This document shows, in pieces, positions 23,261-34,900 of a stretch of DNA of 64,000 nt; within the stretch, counting starts at the first letter, position 1; each line of letters opens with the position of its first letter. The stretch comes from Gordius albopunctatus (lineage: Eukaryota). Where the stretch lies: positions 11,160,001-11,224,000 of the forward strand of contig OZ193909.1 in the NCBI GenBank assembly GCA_964276515.1, given 5' to 3'. The translations under genes were made by a program, and so were the position numbers. The notes beneath the pieces were generated by a model. The model saw only the letters and a list, made by a program, of their open reading frames with translations. It made no database searches and was not told the origin of the DNA.

Positions 23261-24875
23261 ATTAATTGCTATGCAATTTATGGGCTCGTTTTTGGTTGTC
23301 CGTCCGTCCGTCCACCAAGTTATTTACACCAGCTTCCCGACCTGGAGGTTGCGGGTTCGAGACCCGGAGAGGACAATTTTTTTTTTTTTTTTAAATTAAA
23401 TTAATATTTTTTTCTTGTTAATACCATTGATAATATGACTTTTTGACCGTCCGCAGGCTAATGACCAATGAAAAAATTACCACTGGCCAGATAAATCGAA
23501 ATTTTTAATTTTTCGTTTTTGAATAGTTTAACATTGATAATTACCCTATGCCCTCCCCTACAAGGGCCTATGGCTCTATTTATATGGTTCCCTGTTCCCC
23601 TCCAAAGGCTTATGCCTCTATTTAATGTGGGTTCGAATCCCGGAGAGGGCAAAATTTTTATTTTTTTAATTAATTTAATATTTTGTTCTTGTTAATACCA
23701 TTGATAATATGACTTTTTGACCGTCCGCTGGCTACTGACGAATGAAAAAATGAACATTGGCCAAATAAATCCTAATTTTTCGTTTTTCCTTTTTGAATAA
23801 GTTAACATTGATAATTGAAAAAAATTACCATTGGCCAAATAAATCAAAATTTTTTGTTCGTTTTTGAATAGGTTAACATTGATAATTACCCTATACTTTT
23901 TAATAATTGCTATGCAATTTATCTAGTTTTTGGGTTAGAATCCCGGAGTTTTTTTTGACTCTTATGATTGTTCTTGTTACTATCAATGATAATAAGACTT
24001 TTTGGCCGTCCGCTGGCTGCTGACCAATGAAAAAAATGACCATTGGCCAAAATGTGTATCCGAGTTTATTTTTCCGTTTTTTTTGAATATTATGATTGTT
24101 CCTGTTCCTACCATTGCTATTATGACTTTTTGGCCGTCCGCTGGCTGCTGACCAATGGAATAAAATGACCATTGGCCAAAATGTGATTCGAAAATTTTTT
24201 TTCGTTTTTTTTGACTGTTATGAATTTATATCCACTTTTACCGTGTCCTGGCTGCTGACCAATGGAAAAAATGACCATTGGCCAAAATGTGAATCGAAAT
24301 TATTTTTTCCGTTTTTTTGACTATTATGATTGTTCCTGTTCCTACCATTGCTATTATGACTTTTTGGCCGTCCGCTGGCTGCTGACCAATGGAATAAAAT
24401 AACCATTGGCCAAAATGTGATTCGAAAACTTTTTTTTCGTTTTTTTTTGACTATTATGAATTTATATCCACTTTTACCGTGTCCTGGCTGCTGACCAATG
24501 GAAAAAAATGACCTTTGGCCAAAATGTGATTCAAAAATTTTTTTTTCGTTTTTTTGACTATTATGATTGTTCCTGTTCCTACCATTGCTATTATGACTTT
24601 TTGGTAATACAACTCCCGTAGAATTTAACTAACCATAAAGCTTCCCCTTCGCTCCCTCTCTCCCCCTTTATGATATTTGGCATATACACTTATTTAGTGC
24701 TTCCAACCTTCGTTTTGCAATATTCACGTAAGTATTTCCATAAATTGCATAGCAAATATGATACATTTATACGGAGTGTAGATGAGTTCCCCCTTCCTTC
24801 CCCTCCTCCCCTTCCCCCTTCCCTCCCCTTCCCCCTTCCCTCCCCTTCCCACGAGGGCCGAAGGCCCGAGTTTTA
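23261..24875 (+). mobile_element. DINE-1/Helentron-associated (HINE)-like non-autonomous element
   Basis: 18-bp inverted repeats ttgctatgcaatttatgg (23266-23283) / ccataaattgcatagcaa (24738-24755), (GTCC)n after the left repeat, central tandem repeats, and a terminal hairpin gggcc-gaa-ggccc (24855-24867) followed by a T run. Confidence 0.6.
23990..24605. repeat. Tandem array, ~235-bp higher-order unit made of two ~115-120-bp subunits
   Basis: tatgattgttcctgttcctaccattgc recurs at 24091, 24325 and 24562. Each subunit carries gctgctgaccaatg...ttggccaaaatgtg. Confidence 0.88.
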
Positions 24876-25148
24876 TTTTTTCATATTTTTCTGACCGTTC
24901 AAAATTGATTGTTTTTCCCCTTGACTTCTTCCGCCTAATCATTGTCTCTTCTTTTTACCTTAACATATTTTGTAATCTGTTCTTTACGAGGTCAGCGCGT
25001 TCGATTTTTTTCAAAATGTTTAAAGCACTAGTAAATATATGATTTTTATTAAATATATGGATTATTAATTGCTTAATGTTTTTAACCTCTAATTTTTGTA
25101 TATCCACTAGCATTCATTCCTTTTTCAAGCTCTAAATTTAATTTTAAA

Positions 25149-25991
25149 TAGTGCTGTAAACATTTTCAAAAAAAAGGAACGCGTTCACGTTCGTTCAAAA
25201 TTTTATGATGAATTTTTTTTTTTAATTTAATATAAATAAATGTCTTATATTTTTGAACACAATATATTAGCCATTATAAAAAATAATAGCTTTATTTTGA
25301 TTATATAATTAAAAATACAATATAATAAAGAGAATACAAAGATTTTTTATTTATAAAATTTTTTTCTTAATAATAATTGTTTTTCAAAATTTTTGCCGGA
25401 TAATCAGGAACGCTTGGCAGTTAATACAGCATTAGCTATACTAAAAACCCGCTCCACGGGGGTAGATGAGGGGATTGGAGTATTATACTTAATAAAAAAA
25501 TCTTTTAAAGCAGAAAATTTATTAAAAACATTTAATGTTTTGTCTTTTTCAATAAAAGGAAAGTTTTATTCTTTAATATTTTATTAATTATTGTAACTTT
25601 TCCTTATTATAGGAATGTGTTATTATTTTGTAAACTTTGCCTATTTAATTGGTAATGAAATGGTAATTTAAAACTATTTTGTATTTAAGATACTATAATT
25701 TAACAAAAGATACAAGTATCCTTTTATAAATTAAAATAAAATTAATAATATCAAATTAATAAACTTTAATCTATTCTTCTTTTGCACGTCATTGTATGTT
25801 AAGATAAGAGTATTTCGGAATAGGAAAAACAGCTGATAAATAAATATAAGACTTTTTTGTTAAAAATATGATTAACATTATTTTTTAAATAAATAAAAAT
25901 AAAAAAGGGGTTTTAAAATTGAACGAACGTTAAATTCGAACGCGTTCATCAATTTTTGCAAAAAATTTAAACCCGTTCATTCACAACACTA
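25149..25991. mobile_element. Degenerate hAT-like MITE
   Basis: Ends tagtgctgt / acaacacta with inverted subterminal gaacgcgttca and cgttcgttcaa motifs. No clear TSD. Confidence 0.55.
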
Positions 25992-26039
25992 TATATTAAT
26001 ATAATTATTATCTGAATTTGAAGGACCTTTGTAATTCCA

Positions 26040-27325
26040 TGACCGTTTATAAAATGTCAGGCCATCCCGAGCCCGTTCCATTAGTTGTTAAGCCCGTCCA
26101 GGCCCGGCCCGTTAAAATTTTTATGATACAAAGCTCGTCCGTACCCGCCCGCGGGCCGGGCCTGCCCGTGCAGATCCCTAGTCTAGCCCGAAATATTAAA
26201 TTTTCCCGGTAGGCTCGAAATTATGCGATCTCAAATTTTTTCAACCTTTAATAAAAAATAAGCATTAAATTAATGGCATATTGATTAAAATAAATATGTA
26301 ATATTTTATTATCACAAATAAAGTTTAATTTCCTATATTATTTAAAAGTCGAATGATTTTTTCAAATGAAACTTTTAATCTTAAATTTTAATCCTAATAG
26401 GTCAAAAAAGCTAGTATTTGGTCTTTCTAAAAAATTTGGCCAGATAGCACTGGCTAAACCGCTCTAGGTCACAATATTTTAATAGGTTAATTGCTATTGC
26501 ATTTAGGGAAAAACATGTTAGAACGTTTAAAAATCATATAATAGCAAAATATGAATTGAATGCAGCCGATTTCCATGAAATTATTTATGTAGCAATTTTT
26601 AAATTAAGTTTAAAGTATAGATATTTAATAAATCATCTTACAATAAACAAAATTATACTCCCCTTTTGAGTTAACCCCTTTGCCCTCCCCTCTAAATAAA
26701 CTTCTTAATGAATAAAATTAGTGAATCTGTGCTCTGTTAAAACTTACTTTTTTGATAAATGGATAATTTTTTTAACTTAGAGTAAAAAAAGAAAGATCAA
26801 GAAATTTATTATTATTGTATAAAAATAAGTAGTAGCTTAACGATAGCTACGAGGGTAATAATAAAGGCGAATTGGAGAAGCTTTGTTAAACCATTTGTTA
26901 AAAAAATTAAAAGATATTAGAATGAAATTTAACACTTGCAGGCATTGTATCAATTTTGCGTGACGATTTTGTACCATGTATAGACGGCACATGTGAATTA
27001 CGAACAATGAAAGAGGGCTACATAAATATAAATATTTTAATCCTTTCCATAAACCTAGCTAGGGACTTGATGGAAATAGAGGGGTTCGGTTCGGTCAAAA
27101 ATTGTAAAAATAACTTGGGGATGGATGGCGAAAGGAAGTTTCTTAACTCTTTTAGCATTTTCATATGCAATCAAAAAGTTACAAAATATTACATTATCTA
27201 AAAAATCTCATTGAGCCCGAATTGCCCGAATCCTATCTTCGTGTCCGCCCAGGCCAGCCCGAAAATAAAAATTTAGACGGGCAGCGGGCAGGGAAATCTG
27301 GTCTCTGGTTTAAACCGGGCCTAGA
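26040..27325 (+). mobile_element. Degenerate MITE with GCCCG-rich ends
   Basis: Core ~26215-27000 is the reverse complement of ~37760-38560 (e.g. aagcattaaattaatggcata; ggcgaattggagaagctttgttaaac). Confidence 0.65.
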
Positions 27326-27388
27326 TAATATAAGGTCGACACATTTAAATATTTATTTGTGTATAATGTTTTTTTAATTTATAACCTA

Positions 27389-29566
27389 CTAGCTGTGCCC
27401 GGCCAAGCGTTGCTTTGGCTCAGTCTTTAAGTGGTTAAATAAGTATAACCTATTAATAAGACTTATCTAAAATGGGGTCATAAATGAAATAATAATTAAA
27501 ATAAATAAAATATCCATAATATTTATTTAGAGCACGAATTTTATCACATCATGGATTTTATGAACCCACTATTTTTAGTATATATATAATAAGACAAACC
27601 AAATGCGAATTCTGTTTTAATCATCAATTTAGAGGTGGGCGCGGGCCGTGAAATTACGCGTGCGTGAATGTGAAGAAATTTTAAATTAGTAGGCGTGACT
27701 GGGCGTGACGGGCCTTTCCAAAATTTTCCATAAATCACGGAGGCGTGAACACAAATTTCCATAAATCACGGAGATTTTAATTTTTAAAATTGTTTTTTAT
27801 TAATATAAATTTGCAGATTTATAATTTTAAAAAATATATTTATTATTTTTTATTCTGTGGGACATTAAATTTGGCGAGATTGTTTTCGGCAAGTTGATAT
27901 ATATAAAACTACCATAAAATGCTAAATGTCATAAAATATTATATGAATGAGTCAATGCCATCACCAACTATTAGCTGTCATGATTCGTCCTACACTCCCA
28001 AGAAACCTAATATTCTAAATGAAACATTTAGAGAATTTCTAGATGATACTGATGAACCCTCACCATCTATTGAAGAAAGCTGCGAGGATGAACTTAAAAG
28101 ATTCATCGCTCAAAAGACAAATAATAATGATAGTATTTTGAAGTTTTGGAAGCATGAAAATTCGTTTCCTTTTTTGAAAAAATTAGCGAGTAAAATTTTA
28201 TCGGCCCCTGCAAGTTCGGCATCTAGTGAAAGATTGTTCTCTGTAGCCAATCGCTTGTTGGAGGAAAGGCGTACTCAATTAAAATCAAAAAACATGGATA
28301 TTAATCTTTTTTTAAATAAAAATTTCGATTTATAAATTGTAATTATTTTTTGTTAGGGAATTATAGAAATAAATAGAATAAATTCAAAAAATTGTATAAC
28401 TATAGGTTACCATTACCAATTTTGAAAAATTTAAAAACACCGTGAATTTTCGGGCGTGACGTGCGTGAATCAAAATATTGCCTTTCGTGAGTGGGCGTGA
28501 ATTTTTTTTAATACCACCGTGAGTGGGCGGGCCGTGAATAAAAAATTAGGCCCGCGCCCACCTCTACATCAAATCCGACTAAAATTAAATGTTTTTGAAA
28601 AAATTGCTGATTAATGCTGTTACTTTTTATACAATAATACCATTATTTTATTTTTCTAGTTAGCTGATTTATTTGAAATACAATTTTCTTTAATATAAAT
28701 AAAAATAATTAATTGAAGGATGGATAATTATTAAAAATATGCTTCTATGATCGACCACGTGATAATAATTTAAATATTATTTATTTAATTTAAATAGTTT
28801 GTTAAACCGCAATAATTTTGACCGTATACTGTGTAACATTTTTATTATACTTTTAAATATCTAATTCGAGAAAACTTCAGCCTTGTATTAGTGACTTCAT
28901 TATTGTATATGATGCTATAAATGAAACTGGCCGAGAAATGTGCGATATTTTTAAAACGAAAAGGTATTTTAGGAATCTGAAAAAGCTATTTTACCCCTGG
29001 CCGCCCTGGGAACCTAATTGGGCCGGTAGTTTCAGAATTTATCCCTTTTTTAAAACTAAAAGGAATTTTAGGATTCTGCAAAAGCTATTAATTTAAATTT
29101 TATTTATTTAATTTAAATAGTTGATTAAACCCCAATAATTTTGACCGTATACTGTAACATTTTTATTATACTTTTAAATATCTAATTCGAGAAAACTTCA
29201 GCCTTGTATGTATGACGTCATTATTGTATATGCTGCTATAAATTAAACTGGTCGGGAAATGCCCGATATTTTTAAAACGAAAAAGTATTTTAGGAATCTG
29301 AAAAAGCTATTTTACCCCTGGCATCCCTGGGCATCTACGGGTAAATTTTCGCGCGAATCGAGCCGGTAGTTTTAGAATTAAGCCATTTTTAAAACTAAAA
29401 GGCCCATATTTTTAAAACTAAAAGGAATTTTAGGATTTTGAAAAAGCTATTTGACCCCTGGCCGCCCTGGGAACCTACGGGAAAAGTTTCGCTCGAATCG
29501 GACCGGTAGTTTCAGAATTTAGCCCTTACATACACACATACATAGACTTTACTTTATATATATAGA
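27389..29566 (-). mobile_element. Non-autonomous Helitron (family A) with both ends
   Basis: Minus-strand 5' end TCTATATATA at 29566. The 3' hairpin gccaaagcaacgcttggc and CTAG|T end at 27389. The 3' segment matches 55970-56118; the 5' ~430 bp match 62119-62535. Confidence 0.88.
27630..28566 (+). mobile_element. hAT deletion derivative nested in the Helitron
   Basis: TIRs TAGAGGTGGGCGCGGGCC / GGCCCGCGCCCACCTCTA; TSD catcaatt / catcaaat. ORF 27919-28335 is a hAT C-terminal dimerisation domain (LKFWK..FPFLKKLASKILSAPASSASSERLFS). Confidence 0.92.
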
Positions 29567-30063
29567 CTAGCTGACCCGGCAAACGTTGTTTTGCTATATA
29601 CATTATTTTTAGAATATACTATAAGTGATGTGCACTCTCATCGTTATATCTCGATCATATAATGAGCGATTAAAATATAATTGTCCAATGGGAAATAATT
29701 CACGAACTTAATGTAGGAAGAATTAACACGCTAAATACAAAATATAAATACATAAAGCAAAGTACTTAACATCAAATTTTTTATTGCTTTGCTTTACACA
29801 TTTTGCTTATATAAATATAGTGTCAAATAAATTAATACATACCTAAAGAATTATTAAATTTGTAAATTGCCACAGGTTAGTTTTTTATTAAAGGTGCTAA
29901 AAACTTTTTTTGGTCCTACTACAAAATCACGATTCTGGCATATGGCCTTTTCAAACTTCAAAAATAGTCTTAATTAAAACGCTTGATTGTCTTTTACTAT
30001 GACTAATTTTTGGTTAAGTTTATGACTTTAAGGATATCTATCCCGTATTTTTATATATGTAGT
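29567..30063 (-). mobile_element. Second Helitron (family B); 3' end clear, 5' end tentative
   Basis: The minus strand ends gcaaaacaacgtttgccgggtcagCTAG at 29567. A possible decayed 5' end (ctacatatataaaa) lies near 30062. Confidence 0.55.
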
Positions 30064-30381
30064 CTAGTACTATAATTTTAGCACCATTACTCGCCCTAAA
30101 AAGGACAGAACAAAATATAACTAAATAGCAATAATGACTCATTTAAATAGCTCAGTTTTAGGATCCTTATAAATAATATTACCTTGTTATTAAATATAGA
30201 ATCATCGCAAATGAGGTCAAATGGAATGGTTTTAAGGCTTATCCAGAACCTTACCAAGACCAGAAATCAGATCCTAACCTTATAAATATGATCGTAAAAT
30301 ATTGAAGTTGAGGTTTATACGAAATTGTCAAAACAATGTCAAAAATGTACCGTGTTGACATGCGTTAAATTTGAATTAATA

Positions 30382-31786
30382 ATGTCCATTGAAAATAATC
30401 CCCAATCTTTTAATAAAATATGGGAGTTAAGCTTGTATGAACTTCATCGTACGCCTCAACCAATTATCGACGATGATACTGAAATTACAATATCTACCAG
30501 AAGCCTAAATAGTGAGCTAATGTGTCCCATATGTTTGGATATGCTAAAAAATACAATGACTACAAAGGAATGTTTACATAGATTTTGTCAAGAATGTATA
30601 ATAACTGCATTAAGGAGTGGAAATAAAGAATGCCCAACCTGCAGGAAAAAATTAGTATCCAAACGTTCTTTAAGACCTGACCCTAATTTTGATTCTATTA
30701 TTGCTAAGATACATCCTTACCGAGAAGAATATGAGATTCAAAGGGACAAAAAATGGGCTAAAATTAGTTCTCAGACCATCAAGGATTGTCTTACCTCAAA
30801 AAACAATGAAGACAAAAATATACATAGTGCTGAGAGTAAAGGTAATCATATAATATTAAGGGGCATAGGATAAAACATTTAAAGAGCATATTGGGCTATT
30901 TTTATTTATGAAATATTTATCAAATTTTAATGGGTCTATTTGGTAGTTTTGAATAGAACATTCAAAGGAGTATATTTTTCTATTTTAATTTTAGACATAT
31001 TTATTATGTTTTTAAATTATGTAATTACCTATTATAAGTGACCTACTTATTAAATTAGTTTTGACAAACCTTGAAATACTGTTGCTGAATTTAAAAGGTC
31101 CATTTCCTAACTAATTTTTAATATAATTATTCTTCAAAGCTTAAGATACTCTTAACTTACCCATACATAAAAATTTATTACAAATGCCCAATAAAGTTTA
31201 TACATTTTTGCCAGTGTATACGTAATGTTAATTTGTAATTCTAGAAAAATCTTGTTTAAAAAAGTAGTGTAATTATTTATTTAATTTTAATGTTTAAGCT
31301 TGCACATTATAATTATTAAAGTTTATGACTAAGATTTATTCAAATCTAAGAAATGTCTTACCTTGTTTCTAAATGTTTTAAGACAGAGAAAATGAAATTG
31401 AGCTGGTTTTTAAGCCTCATCCTGCTGAGAGTAGTCACACTCCAGAAACTCCCGAATTTTCACGATACATCAAAACAACCTCAAATGCCACAGGTAAATA
31501 ATGCATCATTTTACTAACAATTTAATTATCTTTCCACATCCCTTTCCAAGTTGAACATTTGGCGAAATATCTTGCCCTAAGAAAAGCTCTTGAGCATGAT
31601 AAATTTGATGGAAAATTTGCCGTCGATAATCTTACCACTGCCCCCCTCTACTCAATCCATATATTGAACAGCCAAGAGGTTTACACCGAGCTCGATCCTA
31701 CCTTTTCCTTGGGCGAAGTACATAATAATTATTGGAAACTGGAAAAGCCCATGATATTATATTATTTATCCAAAAAATCGTCATAA
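30382..31786 (+). CDS. RNF2: E3 ubiquitin ligase RING1/RNF2 (Sce), PRC1 catalytic subunit, ~268 aa
   Basis: Exons 30382-30841, 31383-31493, 31551-31786. Motifs: [121 protein letters not shown]. Confidence 0.95.
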
Positions 31787-31964
31787 TGTAATATTTATGT
31801 AATCGCGAGTGTATTTAATTTTATCGCTTTATTCGCCGTTCTTAAAGAATTCGTACTTCCAATTTGCCAGCTATTTCTTAATTTACAAAGGGGTCAGAAT
31901 AATTTTAGCAATAATTTAGAAGTGACAAAGACTTGTTTTCATTTAACGAATCTTAAGCGGCACG

Positions 31965-34900
31965 TCATAAAAGGTTAAATTGCGACATAATTTTGTGCCA
32001 ATAAAAAAACGTTCGACAATTTTGGTTCGTGCTAAACGATCTCAATTTGTTACACAAAGCGAAATCAGTATCCGGGTTTGAGGTGCTGTTGTTGATACGT
32101 TCTCGCGTTATCGATTTTAATTTGTGGATATCGAAAACGTTCAGGTTCGAAACGATGCTCAAAGTTAATTCGGCCCTCTTCTCTAAAACATTTTTCAACG
32201 TGAATGACACTAACGATTCATAGCTCCACGTATAGTTTTCGGGGTATGTGACGCTTTCATGCTTTCTGCATATCACCCAAATAAATTATTTGTCATATAA
32301 CATCTAGGTTTTAATACCTGAAGGCTGGGTAATATCGTAGGCTGGGCAATGTTTTTATCGCTATATTCCGGGGCAAATCGTTGACGCTACAATCTATCCT
32401 AAATTTAAGTATCACCATTCAATGTTTAACATGCACATTTGGTGTGTAATATACCGCGTGAACTTAACGTTGAGCTGTTTCATATCATGGGCTAACCGTT
32501 GGTACAAGTGATCTATAGATTGACAAAATCCGCAATAATTCGCGTAATACAATACCATCGCATCCTAAAGAGTATAAATTTAGAGTAGACTAAATTCATG
32601 TTAAACGTGATGTGGAATTTTACCGTTTTATCGTCGTATACAATGGATTCCATATTCATTCCATTCACGTCAATGACATTTTGAGGCGGTGTCGGCGGCA
32701 ATAATTTAGACCGAATGTAAGGCCTTAATTTTTGTTCGTTGTAATCGTTGATGAATGATACTAAGATGATAATTACAAAAGCACTTTTCTTAATCTGGCT
32801 TATATAACATTGACTTACACATAGAGGCGACATTCAAATTTTCACCCTCCAACATGTATTTTTTGTGAGTCTGATAAAAAAGTTAGTTTTAAATGAAATT
32901 CATGATGAATAAACCTCGTGCTCGATTATCATGAGGGATTGCCATCTCCAGTCCTTGAAATCCATTTTGGGTTTGTTAGTTATCAAAGTTAATATTGTGG
33001 ACTCGACCGCTGGATCCAACAATATCATTTGTACCGTTTTGTTAAGTGTTTTTGGGCTTAAGGCTGTCATAACCCTAGCTAAGTTTTTTATTTGTTGATG
33101 CGTTGTTGCTTTTAAATGAGTTAAGAATTTTATATTGTTTCGCTGATCATCCAAAATTATGTCTTTCACAACCTGCTCCCTTATTGCCACATGAAATCTG
33201 AGAAGCTGAGTACATATATTATCACCACGAAAATTTGTGGAACTCGTAAAATCCGCTATTTTATTTGGGTTCGCTAATTTCAGATTTAAAAAGGTTTTCA
33301 AGTACGATGCATGCAATTTAAAAGTGACTGGTGATGTTATAATTGGCCGCAAATTTCTGTTCCTATCTATATATTTAAGCAACGGTTGTATGAGATCAGA
33401 TCTATCGATATTTGGACACGTATTGAAGTGGTTTTCTTTAGAAACTTTATCGTTTGCGAAAATGAGGCAATTTGATATCGTTGTGTTGTATAGTTCAAAC
33501 TTTGATAAATCGTCATACACAAAGTTTCCTTCTGTTCCTTGCGCATTTCTAGCTTTTGATACAGATTGTTGCACGTTCTTTAGCTAAGTTTTAAAATCGA
33601 TTAGATAAGGGAATGATATTTAATGGTCGAAATTTAAAGTCACACCTTTTAGGGCGATCGTAGTTTTCAGACCATACGAATTTTAACAATTTCATAAGTT
33701 CTATAAAAAAACTACTAACAAAATAATCATGGATTGATAAACGATTCTATGCAAATATTAATGAAATGACCACAAAAATTAATTAGGGTATTTCCTTTTG
33801 CCCTAAAACTTAATTTCATCGCTCGAATAATGTACAAAATTATAAATTGATATCTTACCAATGTATAGATTGGATTAAACCCAGATAGAGGTACATGTGT
33901 TATTCCCATGTATATGGTTGATTGGGAATTGTTAAGCACAACTGAATGGCTGTCAAGATGCGGGTTGTAAAAGAGCACTTTCTGTAATGTAAGTTTCATA
34001 AAAACTTTGTATCAAGAATATTTCACATAAAGTATCTAATATTCAGAAGTAAATCAGCAAATCTTAAACAATAACTTGAAGGATACAGATACCACCCACA
34101 AGCGGTGAAATGACAATTTACTTAATTTATAATTTTTAGTAATAATTCTTGATTTATTTAAGGTCTATATTTAAAAACCAAACATCTTGCTATTAAAAGT
34201 TCCATCTTACTATTAAGTGAAATTTGATTTAAAAAATTGCTCTTAATTAATTAACCAGGCCCTTCAAGCACCCTGCGCAAGGGGTCCCGCCCCTTGAACC
34301 CCGTTTTATGGGGTGCAACTTCAATCACGATTTAGACTATGCAAATTTTTGTATGTTTTAAATGATAAGTTAATTAGACAAAAACAAAGGGGCTTGCCAG
34401 GTAAGGAATTATAATAAATATTGCAATTTTAATATAATCAATATAAATTTAAATGGAAAACTCTTCGGGATAGCTTTGGGAGAGAGAAAAATAAAATTAA
34501 ACATAGGCCAGAGTCAGGGTCCTTAAAGATTGAATTGGCAAAACTATAAGGATTTGTTATTCTTATTCGTGATAAAGGTGTTAAATGAACATCTACATAT
34601 AGTTATTGTAGCAATGGATAAATTATAAGGAAAGAAAGTACTAAAATAAAAAGTTCAGTTTTAATAGATCAAATTAAATGATTTGGAGGAAAAAATGAGA
34701 TTTTCCCATGATCCAGATAAAGACTTCCTGGATTCATTACTACCAGGATACAAGTCTCTAAATGAGGCTAATAGTTTGTTTTTAAAATTAAAGTTTTAGA
34801 ATTTTTAAATAGTTTAGAGAATAAAGTACCTATGTTATTTATTTTATATTGTCGTCAAATAAAGAATTTTAAGTAACTTGTTAAGGGTAGAGGTATACTA

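Noticed and set aside
23330..23655. tRNA genes at the two GGTTCGA motifs
   Set aside because: Only a T-arm/B box is recognisable; no acceptor stem, D-arm or anticodon arm can be built.
23990..24605. Regularly spaced palindromic repeats resembling a CRISPR array
   Set aside because: The intervening sequences are themselves repeated, there are no unique spacers or cas genes, and the context is eukaryotic.
24670..25042. Pro-rich and Gly-rich ORFs
   Set aside because: Artefacts of the CCCTT low-complexity tract.
27919..28335. Domesticated ZBED-like host gene
   Set aside because: It lies inside TIRs and a TSD within a Helitron and encodes only the dimerisation domain.
32565..32590. A 26-nt intron in TXNDC11
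   Set aside because: An upstream donor (ACG|gtaaaa) giving a 59-nt intron (32565-32623) is stronger and fits the expected spacing before the CGFC motif.
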